Below are positions 49,633 through 58,747 of a stretch of 64,000 bases of DNA, in pieces. The position numbers were made by a program, and so were the translations under genes. The notes beneath the pieces were generated by a model. It saw only the letters and a program-made list of their open reading frames with translations, was not told the DNA's origin and made no database searches. Origin of the DNA: Candidatus Melainabacteria bacterium 17Bon1m. GTDB taxonomy: Bacteria > Cyanobacteriota > Vampirovibrionia > Obscuribacterales > Obscuribacteraceae. The stretch's first letter is position 1, and each line of letters starts with the position of its first letter. The stretch is taken from contig JAVLKG010000001.1 in assembly GCA_032128875.1 (NCBI GenBank), positions 544,001 through 608,000 of the forward strand, read 5' to 3'.

Positions 49633-49860
49633 ATGAATATTACAATAAATACGACAGTTAAAGAAATAATCGAAGCTCGCCCTGATGCTTTGGATGTATT
49701 TTTGAAGCACGGCGTTGATGTGCCGTTGGAATGCGATGAAAGCATTCAAGATTGCGAACTGAGTCTTTGCGATAGCATGTGTCACATCGATGACGTCGCC
49801 GCTCTGATACGGGATTTGGAGAAGTTGTTCGATTCTGCCAGCATGCCTCAGGTGTCTTGA
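49633..49860 (+). CDS. Small Cys-containing DUF1858/ScdA-N-like protein
   Basis: TTVKEIIEARPDALDVFLKHG.D...C, L..CD..CHID...L..DL. Confidence 0.7.
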   Translation: MNITINTTVKEIIEARPDALDVFLKHGVDVPLECDESIQDCELSLCDSMCHIDDVAALIRDLEKLFDSASMPQVS

Positions 49861-49906
49861 TGGTATTCACAGTGGTGCCGCACGTGCTGCCGGGACCACT
49901 GTGGTC

Positions 49907-50245
49907 TTACCGCCCGGAAAACTCTTTCATGACTTGTCCGTAGCGTTTGCCGACAGAGCCGCAGACTATGTCGCACAGCTCATAAATGCTGCTGTCACAG
50001 ATGCTGTAGAAGACAAACAATCCTTGGCGTCGTTTTTGAACAATCCCCTGTTCTGCCAGCACAGACAAGTGCTTACTGACGTTTGCCTGGCTCATGCCGC
50101 TCAACTCACACAATTCCTGTACCGAACGCTCTTCCTTAAAGAGGTATTGCAATATTTGCAATCTGGAAGCGTCGGATAGCGCCCGGAAGCGGGACGCAAC
50201 GATTTCGAGCGCCGGTCGTGACAGTAATTTGTTTTTGTCTTTCAT
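49907..50245 (-). CDS. ArsR/SmtB-family repressor divergent from the persulfide operon
   Basis: FRALSDASRLQIL, SQANVSKHL, C-terminal LCDIVC. Confidence 0.92.
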   Translation of the reverse strand: MKDKNKLLSRPALEIVASRFRALSDASRLQILQYLFKEERSVQELCELSGMSQANVSKHLSVLAEQGIVQKRRQGLFVFYSICDSSIYELCDIVCGSVGKRYGQVMKEFSGR

Positions 50246-50318
50246 ATTGGAAAGCCCATGTTTCACTAAGTCCAGTCTACAACCCTTTGGTTGATTCTTC
50301 AATCAATCTTATGGTTGA

Positions 50319-50350
50319 TTCGCTATATAACCAATTAGCGATATAGTGAA
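50319..50350. promoter_or_regulatory. Probable ArsR operator (inverted repeat)
   Basis: TTCGCTATAT-N12-ATATAGTGAA (9/10 match) between the divergent genes. Confidence 0.6.
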
Positions 50351-50375
50351 TTTGATTCCATTTGAGGGCTTCACT

Positions 50376-50951
50376 ATGTCAGAAACGTCTAAATCCTCCG
50401 TTTGCCAGCAATTGGCGCCTGCCGATCTGGCAGCAGTTGCTGGAGATATGGTGCTGCTCGATGTTCGCAGCCCGATTGAATTTGAGACGGAACACATACC
50501 TAACTCTATAAATGTTCCGCTCAACGAGCTTGAATCTCGCTGCGAGGAAGTGTCTCGGCAGGGGCAGCTCGTGGTGATATGTAGGTCCGGCAAACGAGCG
50601 GAACGTGGTGCTTACACCCTCTTAGGCAAAGGTTTTCAGCCCAAGGTGCTGGATGGTGGGTTGGTTGCCTGGCGCAAAGCCGGGCTGCCAGTCAAGGAAG
50701 GTAGAAAGATGCTTCCTATAGAACGTCAGATTCAGCTCATTGTTGGCATCGGTGTCCTGGCGGGCGTTCTCCTCGGTGTTTTCGTAAGTCCATGGTTTTT
50801 CGTCATTCCTGGATTTTTCGGAGCAGGGCTGACCTTTGCAGGTTTGTCTGGAACTTGCGCTTTAGGAATTATGTTGGGGAAGGCTCCCTGGAATGCGCTA
50901 AAAGCGCCGACCACGCAAAAGCAGAGCAACAAATCTAGTTGTTGTCCGTGA
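50376..50951 (+). CDS. Rhodanese + DUF2892 membrane protein (YgaP-like sulfurtransferase)
   Basis: LDVRSPIEF, active-site CRSGKR, ERQIQ, GAGL.FAGLSGTC..., APWN. Confidence 0.92.
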   Translation: MSETSKSSVCQQLAPADLAAVAGDMVLLDVRSPIEFETEHIPNSINVPLNELESRCEEVSRQGQLVVICRSGKRAERGAYTLLGKGFQPKVLDGGLVAWRKAGLPVKEGRKMLPIERQIQLIVGIGVLAGVLLGVFVSPWFFVIPGFFGAGLTFAGLSGTCALGIMLGKAPWNALKAPTTQKQSNKSSCCP

Positions 50952-50968
50952 CAGGCGGAGGTGATTTG

Positions 50969-51712
50969 ATGCTGGGAAGTGCAATTGCTGGACTTGCAAC
51001 CGGCACCCTGCTGGGACTTCTAGGGGGTGGCGGAACCATCATAGCAGTGCCGATTCTTGTTTATGTCCTCGGATTGGAGGCTAAGGCAGCGATAGGCACG
51101 AGCTTGATCATAGTTGGTTTGGCAAGCTTGCTCGCTGCATGGAGTCATTACCGGCATCACTCAGTAATTGTTTCCACTGCTCTTATATTCGGAGCGACGG
51201 GCGCTCTGGGTAGCTTCGCAGGCGCCAAGATTGCACAAGTCATTCCAGACGCGGTGCAACTGAGTTTGTTCGCTATTGTTATGGCATTAGTGGCTTTACT
51301 GATGCTGAAGCATAAACGGCCAACCGAGTTGGCGAGCAACGACACAAAACTCGCACTGCCAGTGGTGGTAGCTTCGGGTGTCGGCGCTGGGGTGTTGACC
51401 GGTTTGATCGGCGTCGGTGGCGGGTTCATTATTGTCCCTGTGTTCACCATACTTTTGCGCATGCCGATAAAGCAAGCAATCGGTACTTCACTGCTTGTGA
51501 TTAGCATCAATAGCATGGTAGGCGCGATTTCATACGCTTCGCGCTTGAGTTTCAATTTCTCAATCTTACCTTTTGCCGTGGGTACCCTGGCTGCTGCTCC
51601 CCTTGCGGGTCGTGTTGCCCAGTACCTCCCACAGGAAAAACTCAGGATTACCTTTGCGGTATCACTATTAATTCTGTCAGCGTGGATGCTGACCAATCAA
51701 ATTTTCCAATAG
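50969..51712 (+). CDS. Sulfite exporter TauE/SafE family
   Basis: GLLGGGG.I.VP and GLIGVGGGFIIVP repeats, AIGTSL twice. Confidence 0.92.
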   Translation: MLGSAIAGLATGTLLGLLGGGGTIIAVPILVYVLGLEAKAAIGTSLIIVGLASLLAAWSHYRHHSVIVSTALIFGATGALGSFAGAKIAQVIPDAVQLSLFAIVMALVALLMLKHKRPTELASNDTKLALPVVVASGVGAGVLTGLIGVGGGFIIVPVFTILLRMPIKQAIGTSLLVISINSMVGAISYASRLSFNFSILPFAVGTLAAAPLAGRVAQYLPQEKLRITFAVSLLILSAWMLTNQIFQ

Positions 51713-51727
51713 CTACTGGAGTTACTT

Positions 51728-53125
51728 ATGTATTTCAAACAGTTTTATCTTGGATGCCTTGCTCATGGCTCTTATCTGCTCGGTTCAGAAGGAGAAGCTG
51801 TTGTCATCGATCCGCAGCGAGATGTGGACCAATACATTGAAGAAGCTAAGAAAGAACGGCTTTCCATCAAATACATAATAGAGACGCATCTGCATGCGGA
51901 TTTTGTAAGTGGGCATAGAGAGCTGGCAGAAAGAACTGGTGCTCAGATTGTTTTCGGCGAAAAGGCCGGCGCATCGTTTCCTCATATAGCAGTCAAAGAC
52001 GGAGATATCTTACAGGTTGGAACGTTGATTCTCTCCATACTTGAGACCCCAGGGCATACTCCTGAAAGCATTTGTGTTCTAGCGAAAGATGCTGCTGACG
52101 ACAAGCCAGCCATGTTGTTCTCTGGGGACACGCTTTTCATCGGGGACGTCGGTAGACCAGATCTCGTCGGCAGTAAAGGCTACAGCGACAAAGAGATGGC
52201 AGGGTTGATGTACGAAAGTCTCCATGAAAAAGTCCTCAAGCTCTCTGATGACGTTGAGGTATTCCCGGCGCACGGTGCTGGATCGCTTTGCGGCAAGCAC
52301 CTTTCGAATGAAAAATCATCCACAATTAGGGAGCAGAAGTTGTTTAACTACGCTCTCAAGCCGATGTCGAAAGAGGCATTTGTAGAGATGTTGACCGCGG
52401 ATCAGCCGGAGGTACCGGCCTACTTCCCGAAAGATGTCGAAATAAATCGCCTGGGTGCTTCGTCTTTGAATACCCTTGCTCGCCCACTACCTTTAGGTGC
52501 AGAAGCAGTGGCAAAAGAGTTGCAGCGAGGCGCAGTTGTTCTCGACATTCGTGGTGCCGCCGAATATGCAGGCGGACACATTAAAGGTTCGTTGAACATC
52601 GGTCTTGGCGGACAGTTTGCCTCATGGTCGGGCACCTTAATCGAAATCGGTACACCCGTTGTTATTGTTGCAAATGAACTTGCTCAGATCGACGAGGCGG
52701 TTATGAGGCTTGCAAGGGTGGGCATCGAAAGCGTAATCGGCTATTTGGAAAATGGAATTAGCACCTGGCATGATGCCGGTTTTGAGGTGACGCAATCAAC
52801 GACAATCTCAGTTGCTGAACTCAAACGAAAGCTTGATGCCGGCGAAGACTTGTTGGTTGTGGACGTCAGGAGATCTGGTGAATACAACTCAGGTCACGTT
52901 CCGAGCGCAATCAATATTCCCTTAGCAGAGCTGGTAGAAGGCATTTCAAATTTGCCGAGAGAGTTGCCGCTGGCAGTAATTTGTGCAAGTGGCTACCGCT
53001 CAACAATTGCGACCAGTGTTCTTGAAAAGGGCGGTCTTAAATTCCTTATGAATGTTCTTGGCGGAACAGCCGCCTGGAAGAATGCCGGTTATGCCACGCA
53101 GAATAAGGAGACAACGACAGTCTGA
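51728..53125 (+). CDS. Persulfide dioxygenase-like MBL fold fused to two rhodanese domains (CstB-like)
   Basis: ETHLHADFVSG, TPGHT, GDTLFIGDVGRPDL, PAHGAGSLCG, C-terminal CASGYRS. Confidence 0.92.
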   Translation: MYFKQFYLGCLAHGSYLLGSEGEAVVIDPQRDVDQYIEEAKKERLSIKYIIETHLHADFVSGHRELAERTGAQIVFGEKAGASFPHIAVKDGDILQVGTLILSILETPGHTPESICVLAKDAADDKPAMLFSGDTLFIGDVGRPDLVGSKGYSDKEMAGLMYESLHEKVLKLSDDVEVFPAHGAGSLCGKHLSNEKSSTIREQKLFNYALKPMSKEAFVEMLTADQPEVPAYFPKDVEINRLGASSLNTLARPLPLGAEAVAKELQRGAVVLDIRGAAEYAGGHIKGSLNIGLGGQFASWSGTLIEIGTPVVIVANELAQIDEAVMRLARVGIESVIGYLENGISTWHDAGFEVTQSTTISVAELKRKLDAGEDLLVVDVRRSGEYNSGHVPSAINIPLAELVEGISNLPRELPLAVICASGYRSTIATSVLEKGGLKFLMNVLGGTAAWKNAGYATQNKETTTV

Positions 53126-53227
53126 TTTTGCATTGGAGTGATTTCACTACATTGAAAAGCAGCTCTCAGAGCTTGAGAAAAACTATCAACAACAGCGGTG
53201 AGAAAAAGAATATATGAGGACAGCAAT

Positions 53228-54979
53228 ATGAGAGTTACCGGTTCCACGGCAAAAAAGATTGTCATCGTAGGTGGTGTCGCAGGTGGAATGAGCGCGGCTG
53301 CTAGAGCGCGACGCCTTTCTGAGGATTCGGAAATTATCGTTCTTGAAAGAAGCGGATACGTCTCTTACGCCAATTGCGGTTTGCCATATTTTCTAGGAGG
53401 AGAGATTGAAACGCAGGAGCAATTGATAGTGGTTACGCCTGAGGCTCTGAAGGACAAACTGAATCTCGATGTTCGTGTTCATCATGAGGTCATTGAAATC
53501 GACGCGAAAGCGAAGATGGTATCGGTAAGAGAGACAACCAGCGAGCGGATCTATCAGGAGAGTTATGACGATCTGATTCTTGCTGTTGGAGCAGCTCCTG
53601 TCAGACCTGGAGTGCCTGGCATCGATCTGCCAGGGTTGTTTACGCTGCGCAGTATTGAAGATGTTGAATCGATTCAATCGTGGTTCGAGATTCAGAAGCC
53701 GCGCACTGCGGTAGTGGCAGGTGGTGGCTTCATTGGTCTGGAGATGGCAGAACAGTTAGCTCGCAGAGGAGTTGATGTCACGCTCATTGACGGCAAAGAC
53801 CACGTACTTGCACCGCTTGATATTGAAATGGCAGAACTCGTGCATAAGGAATTGCGAAAGCATGATATTAAGCTTGTGCTTGGTCGTTCGATTGAAGGTT
53901 TCCGTGCACCAGGCGAAATTGCTGGAGCTTCCGAAGATGTGCCAAAATCTTGCTGGGTTCTTGCTGAAAGACATGAGCCCATGCCGGCGGATCTTGTAAT
54001 ACTGGGGCTGGGAATCAGGCCTGAAGTAACGTTAGCGCGCAAAGCCGGATTAATCGTCGGCGAGCGGGGCGGTATTCGGGTAGACGATTATCTACAAACC
54101 AGTTCGCCTAACATATGGGCAGTCGGCGACGCAATTGAGGTGCGTAATCCGGTAAACGGCGAGTGGACACTCATTGCATTGGGAGGTCCGGCTAATCGTC
54201 AAGGACGCATTGCAGCGAACAACATCTTCGGTGCAAAACAAAACTACGATGGCACGATCGGCACCGCCATCCTTCGGGTGTTCGACCTGACTGTTGCATC
54301 GGTAGGGCTCAACGAAGCACAATTGAAATCAAGCTCTATTCCTTATGAAACCATCTTTGTTCATCCTAGCCATCACGCCAGCTATTACCCTGGCGCAGAG
54401 CGTCTTGATATGAAGATGCTCTTCCACAAGGAAGCTGGCACGCTGCTGGGCGCGCAGGTAATCGGTAAAGAAGGCGTCGATAAGCGGATAGATGTGCTCG
54501 CGACAGCGGTCAAGGCACGCATGACCATCAGCGATTTGTCCGAGCTGGAATTGGCATATGCCCCGCCCTTTGGCTCAGCGAAAGATCCAATTAATTTGGC
54601 AGGAATGTCCGGAACTAATGTGCTAGAGGGATTGGTCGAGCAAGTGCAGTGGCATCAAGTCCCAGCTTTGGCCACAAGCGGAGCCGTAATAATTGATGTT
54701 CGCTCGCGCGGCGAGCGTGCCAGAGGGTACATTGATGGCAGTGTTCACATACCACTCCCAGAGCTGAGAAAACGACTGTCAGAGGTACCAGTTGGAAAAG
54801 CGATAGTCACATATTGTCAAAGTGGTCAACGCTCCTACAATGCATCCCGATTCCTCAAACAGAATGGATTCAGTGTCAAGAATTTGTCTGGTGGGTACCT
54901 GACATGGAACTCAATGCAGCAAGGCAAGGAGGAAGGAACGGATCCTCAGAATGCACTACCTGCGGTGCTATCTAAATAA
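53228..54979 (+). CDS. CoA-disulfide (CoA-persulfide) reductase with C-terminal rhodanese domain
   Basis: GGVAGG, SYANCGLPY, GGGFIGLE, LAYAPPF, rhodanese YCQSGQRS. Confidence 0.93.
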   Translation: MRVTGSTAKKIVIVGGVAGGMSAAARARRLSEDSEIIVLERSGYVSYANCGLPYFLGGEIETQEQLIVVTPEALKDKLNLDVRVHHEVIEIDAKAKMVSVRETTSERIYQESYDDLILAVGAAPVRPGVPGIDLPGLFTLRSIEDVESIQSWFEIQKPRTAVVAGGGFIGLEMAEQLARRGVDVTLIDGKDHVLAPLDIEMAELVHKELRKHDIKLVLGRSIEGFRAPGEIAGASEDVPKSCWVLAERHEPMPADLVILGLGIRPEVTLARKAGLIVGERGGIRVDDYLQTSSPNIWAVGDAIEVRNPVNGEWTLIALGGPANRQGRIAANNIFGAKQNYDGTIGTAILRVFDLTVASVGLNEAQLKSSSIPYETIFVHPSHHASYYPGAERLDMKMLFHKEAGTLLGAQVIGKEGVDKRIDVLATAVKARMTISDLSELELAYAPPFGSAKDPINLAGMSGTNVLEGLVEQVQWHQVPALATSGAVIIDVRSRGERARGYIDGSVHIPLPELRKRLSEVPVGKAIVTYCQSGQRSYNASRFLKQNGFSVKNLSGGYLTWNSMQQGKEEGTDPQNALPAVLSK

Positions 54980-55054
54980 CAGTTTGGCACAGAGGTGAAT
55001 GTTGATATGAACGAATCGATAAAGGTATCAAAAGAAAAAGGAGGGCAAGGTCCC

Positions 55055-55243
55055 ATGGACAGCGTAATCTGGTTCGTTGGAATTGTTGTGTTCTACTTTG
55101 CGATGCAACTCTGGATATTGCCGAAGCTCGGCATACCTACTTGAATGTCACGGAGTTGCTCGGTCGGGCAGCAGAAGAAAACACCTGTTCAGCAAGAGAA
55201 ACAAGAGTCCATTAAGCATGGCGAACAAGGCAAAAGCGATTAG
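55055..55243 (+). CDS. Candidate small membrane selenoprotein (62 aa, Sec at codon 30; alternative in-frame start 55007)
   Basis: AAGGAGG RBS; MDSVIWFVGIVVFYFAMQLWILPKLGIPT-TGA(55142-55144)-MSRSCSVGQQKK...KSD-TAG; SECIS-like hairpin immediately downstream. Confidence 0.65.
55155..55172 (+). promoter_or_regulatory. Bacterial SECIS-like hairpin
   Basis: Stem GTTGCTC/GGGCAGC, loop GGTC; the loop begins 17 nt after the UGA. Confidence 0.65.
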
Positions 55244-56300
55244 AGCAATCCATGTGACACTGGTGTGTTTACTGGCAGCATTGAGCTTCAGTGGCGCTGT
55301 GTGGTCTGAAGAGTGCCGGACAACTGGTGCTGCACTCTCATCCCCTCTTGGTGCGCGTTGCACTGAAGATCCCTCATGCGTTATTGTTGGAGAGACCCAC
55401 ATGCTGGAGTGGAAGAGTCCAGAACCGGCCAAAATAATTGTGGTGTGTATACACGGACTTGGGTTGTGCGCTCGAGCCTACAAACCATTAGCTAAGGAAC
55501 TTTCTGCTGCAGGGATCGACGGATTTGGTGTGAACGTGCGAGGCTTTGGTCCTGACAGGGACAGACCAGATCGCGCGAAATTGAACTGTATAGAGACCGT
55601 AGGCGACGTGAGCAAATTGCTTACTAGCATTCGTAAAGAACACCCTGGCTACAAGGTCTTTCTCATCGGTGAATCAATGGGTGGTGCACTTGCAATAAGA
55701 ATTGCTGCAGAGAATCCAAGTTTAGTGGATGGTGTCGTCTGCTCTGCTCCTGCCTGGAAATTACTCAAGATGAAGCAGACTGCTGTAAAAGGTGTCTTTG
55801 AGTTGTTTTTGTTTCCTGGAAGTCATCCAGGCCCTGCCGGTCGTGCCATGATGCATCAAGCGACGACCGACCCTGAGCTAACACAGCACTGGTTAACGGA
55901 TCCATCGCATAAGTTGAGACTATCTTTCCATGAAGCTACTTCTCTTTTGCGCTTCATCTCGAAGACAGATACCTACGCCAAACGCATAAATGGACCTGTC
56001 TTGGTTGTTCAGGGTCTTGGTGATCATCTTGTATCGCCTAAAGCAGTTGCCAAACTAGTCAGAGATATCCCTTCTGAGAACAAGACGTTTCTCATTGATG
56101 GAAAGGGAGAGCATCTTGTTCTTGAAGAGGGCAAATTTTCGCCACCGCTTGTTGAGAAGCTGATCGCTTGGATGAAAACTGAGTCCAGCGATCAATCAAG
56201 AATGGCATTCGTGACTGAAGTGGTAAATGATCAGGCGCTATCTTCGAAGGAGAAACGCAGGTTGAAGACATTGCGGCGACTGTCTAGAAATCCAAACTGA
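55218..56300 (+). CDS. Exported alpha/beta hydrolase (lysophospholipase-like)
   Basis: IHGLG, RGFG, GESMGG, QGLGDHLV, GEHL; signal peptide from MANKAKA. Confidence 0.88.
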   Translation: MANKAKAIRAIHVTLVCLLAALSFSGAVWSEECRTTGAALSSPLGARCTEDPSCVIVGETHMLEWKSPEPAKIIVVCIHGLGLCARAYKPLAKELSAAGIDGFGVNVRGFGPDRDRPDRAKLNCIETVGDVSKLLTSIRKEHPGYKVFLIGESMGGALAIRIAAENPSLVDGVVCSAPAWKLLKMKQTAVKGVFELFLFPGSHPGPAGRAMMHQATTDPELTQHWLTDPSHKLRLSFHEATSLLRFISKTDTYAKRINGPVLVVQGLGDHLVSPKAVAKLVRDIPSENKTFLIDGKGEHLVLEEGKFSPPLVEKLIAWMKTESSDQSRMAFVTEVVNDQALSSKEKRRLKTLRRLSRNPN

Positions 56301-56403
56301 CATGCAAGCTTTTTGTGTCCTTCGGGATGCACCCAGGCTAGCACATTCACTACAACGGCCCTGGACAAAGCGGAATGCCGACGCAAGTTAACTCTTAAGT
56401 TGA

Positions 56404-57483
56404 CTACTTCGGAATACCCTTTTCGTACCAACCCTTACTATGGTTTACGATTTTGACGACAGCAAGCATGACCGGAACTTCAATCAAGACACCAACCACG
56501 GTGGCAAGAGCTGCGCCGGAATTGAATCCAAACAAACTAATCGCGGTTGCAACTGCAAGTTCGAAAAAGTTACTGGCACCGATGAGTGCTGAGGGGCCGG
56601 CGACGCAGTGAGCAACACGCAACTTCTTGTTGAGCAAGTATGCAAGCGAAGAATTAAAAAACACCTGAATCAGAATTGGTACCGCCAATATTGCGATTAC
56701 GAGCGGCTGCTTGAGAATTGCTTCACCTTGAAACGCAAATAGCAGTACAAGTGTAATGAGCAAAGCCGAAAGTGAAACGGGATGGAGGAATGCTAGCGTT
56801 TTATCGAACGCGCTCTGACCCTGTTTCAACAACAGACTTCTCCACAACTGTGCAATCAATACTGGTATCACAATGTACAGACCAACCGATATTAGTAGCG
56901 TATCCCACGGGACAGTGATAGAGGATAAACCCAGCAAGAGCCCGACGATGGGCGCAAAAGCAAAGATCATGATTAAGTCATTAACTGCAACTTGCGATAA
57001 TGTGAAATAAGGATCGCCTTTGGTCAACTGGCTCCAAACGAAAACCATTGCTGTGCACGGAGCGGCTGCGAGCAGAATCAATCCTGCTACATAGCTGTCG
57101 AGCTGATCTTGCGGCAGGTACTGAGCAAAAACTACGCGAATGAATATGTAAGCTAGAAGAGCCATCGAGAACGGCTTGATCGCCCAGTTAATGAACAGTG
57201 TCACCGCGATGCCTTTCCAGTGTTGCTTTACTTGTCCTAGCGCCCCGAAGTCAATCTTCAAAAGCATGGGCACAATCATCAACCAAATCAAAATCCCTAC
57301 TGGAATATTTACTCTGGCAATTTCAAGCGAACCGATGAATTTGACCGGACCCGACAAGAGCTGACCCAGCGCAATTCCTACGCCAATACAGAGAAAAACC
57401 CAGACTGTCAGCCAACGTTCGAAGAACCCTATAGATGCCTGAGTTGCTCCGCTGTCTGACACTTCACTTTCTTGAATGCTCAT
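56404..57483 (-). CDS. acr3: ACR3-family arsenite efflux transporter
   Basis: FFERWLTVWV, NWAIKPFSM, AAPCTAMVFVW, ASNFFELAVA, GVLIEVPVML. Confidence 0.97.
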   Translation of the reverse strand: MSIQESEVSDSGATQASIGFFERWLTVWVFLCIGVGIALGQLLSGPVKFIGSLEIARVNIPVGILIWLMIVPMLLKIDFGALGQVKQHWKGIAVTLFINWAIKPFSMALLAYIFIRVVFAQYLPQDQLDSYVAGLILLAAAPCTAMVFVWSQLTKGDPYFTLSQVAVNDLIMIFAFAPIVGLLLGLSSITVPWDTLLISVGLYIVIPVLIAQLWRSLLLKQGQSAFDKTLAFLHPVSLSALLITLVLLFAFQGEAILKQPLVIAILAVPILIQVFFNSSLAYLLNKKLRVAHCVAGPSALIGASNFFELAVATAISLFGFNSGAALATVVGVLIEVPVMLAVVKIVNHSKGWYEKGIPK

Positions 57484-57881
57484 CTACAATCCATGGGTAC
57501 TTCAGTCTTTGCGAGTTCTTCTACTTTTGCTTTGATCTCATCGCGCACACGCCTGAACACATCGAGAGGTTGCCCTTTTGGATCGTCGATATTCCAGTTC
57601 GCCTGGGTGCCAATGAATGTAGATGGGCAGAAATCAGCGGTCTTGACCGAGCACATAGAAATCACCGCGTCATAGTCGGCAAGTCTCTCGTTGTCGATTG
57701 TTTTGGAGAATTGCTTGGATATGTCGATACCTACTTCTTCCATAACCTTCACCGCGTCTGGATTGACGCCGCTGCCGGACTTAACACCGGCGCTGTCGGA
57801 CTCAAGACCTAACTGGCGGCCAAAACCTTCGGCTATCTGGCTGCGACAAGTATTTTCTATACAGATAAACAAGACTCTCAA
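57480..57881 (-). CDS. arsC: Arsenate reductase, LMW-PTP (thioredoxin-type); TTG start
   Basis: CIENTCRSQ (CX5R) P-loop, MC......CP resolving cysteines, WNIDDP; coupled to acr3. Confidence 0.9.
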   Translation of the reverse strand: MRVLFICIENTCRSQIAEGFGRQLGLESDSAGVKSGSGVNPDAVKVMEEVGIDISKQFSKTIDNERLADYDAVISMCSVKTADFCPSTFIGTQANWNIDDPKGQPLDVFRRVRDEIKAKVEELAKTEVPMDCR

Positions 57882-58017
57882 TTGCAGCACTCCAACTCTT
57901 CGATTTGTAATGGTTCTCCCAATCGCATAAACCATTAAGGACCAACATTTTGAATACTTCCAAGCGTAATTTTTTCGCCAGAGCCGGAAATGCTCTGAAT
58001 GCGTTTTTGTTTTCCAT
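57878..58017 (-). pseudogene. Internally deleted ArsR-type regulator remnant
   Basis: MENKNAFRAFPALAKKLRLEVFKMLV (ArsR N-terminus) joined out of frame to ...LGEPLQIEELECCN*, whose stop overlaps the arsC start. Confidence 0.6.
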
Positions 58018-58039
58018 ATTTCCAATATTATCGAAATAT
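58016..58039. promoter_or_regulatory. ArsR-type operator inverted repeat
   Basis: ATATTTC-N10-GAAATAT directly at the start of the arsR remnant. Confidence 0.65.
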
Positions 58040-58282
58040 CGAAGGAATGTCAACGTTTGTTCCAAAGGTTATTGGATCCGTTGTTCGAGACCAGAGCTCG
58101 CTGCAGTTTCTCGGAGTAGTCTCAAAGCAACTCTTGCGCCGCTCGGCGAGATTGGCTTGTTCAACAGAGGATGTCCGAAGCACGCCGGCAGTATCTTTCA
58201 GCCACAGTCCGCTCTATAATACCGTCAGGTCAAGATTTGACATCGACTATTCTGGTCCGAATCAAAAGAGAACATACTATTA

Positions 58283-58747
58283 ATGAAACCAAAAAGTAAG
58301 GCAGGTAAACCGTTTCCGCAATTGCCGCCGGACACGCCGACCAGATATGGTCCACTCAGCATCCATCAAAACGGAATTGCTGTAAAAACGCTGATGGCAA
58401 CGCCAACACCGCTGATTGGAAAGCAAAGTCACCTTGCATATTCTTTGGAAAATGTACGTTTGTCGCTGCACGTGGAGCGTTTCGACGCAACAGAACGACT
58501 GTCCTCCGACATAACTTGCGTCACCCGTTTCCCTGAATACGGTGTCGAAAGCAAACACCTGACACCATGCGAGATGCGCGTTGGGCAGACTCATGGGACG
58601 GCCGTAGTTCAATCAACTTGCATGTGTATGGATTTCGAGAACATGCAAGATACAGTTTTGGAAGTGGAATATAAGCTCGGCGACGAATCGATTTCGCTTG
58701 TGTCTATTCCCGTTAAATTTCCGGTTGCATCTCCCGAAGAACAGTAA
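58283..58747 (+). CDS. Hypothetical protein
   Basis: 154-aa ORF with beta-rich composition; no family recognised. Confidence 0.55.
   Translation: MKPKSKAGKPFPQLPPDTPTRYGPLSIHQNGIAVKTLMATPTPLIGKQSHLAYSLENVRLSLHVERFDATERLSSDITCVTRFPEYGVESKHLTPCEMRVGQTHGTAVVQSTCMCMDFENMQDTVLEVEYKLGDESISLVSIPVKFPVASPEEQ

Noticed and set aside
50940-50970. Sec readthrough at the TGA after ...SSCCP of the rhodanese gene
   Set aside because: Another stop follows within six codons, there is no SECIS-like hairpin, and the next gene's RBS lies here.
55077-55217. N-terminal 47 codons of the 407-aa hydrolase ORF
   Set aside because: Not protein-like and overlaps the better-supported small ORF in another frame; a signal peptide begins at ATG 55218.
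57882-58025. N-terminal extension of ArsC in the ORF track
   Set aside because: LMW-PTP similarity begins at LRVLFIC (TTG 57881); the upstream sequence is the arsR remnant in other frames.
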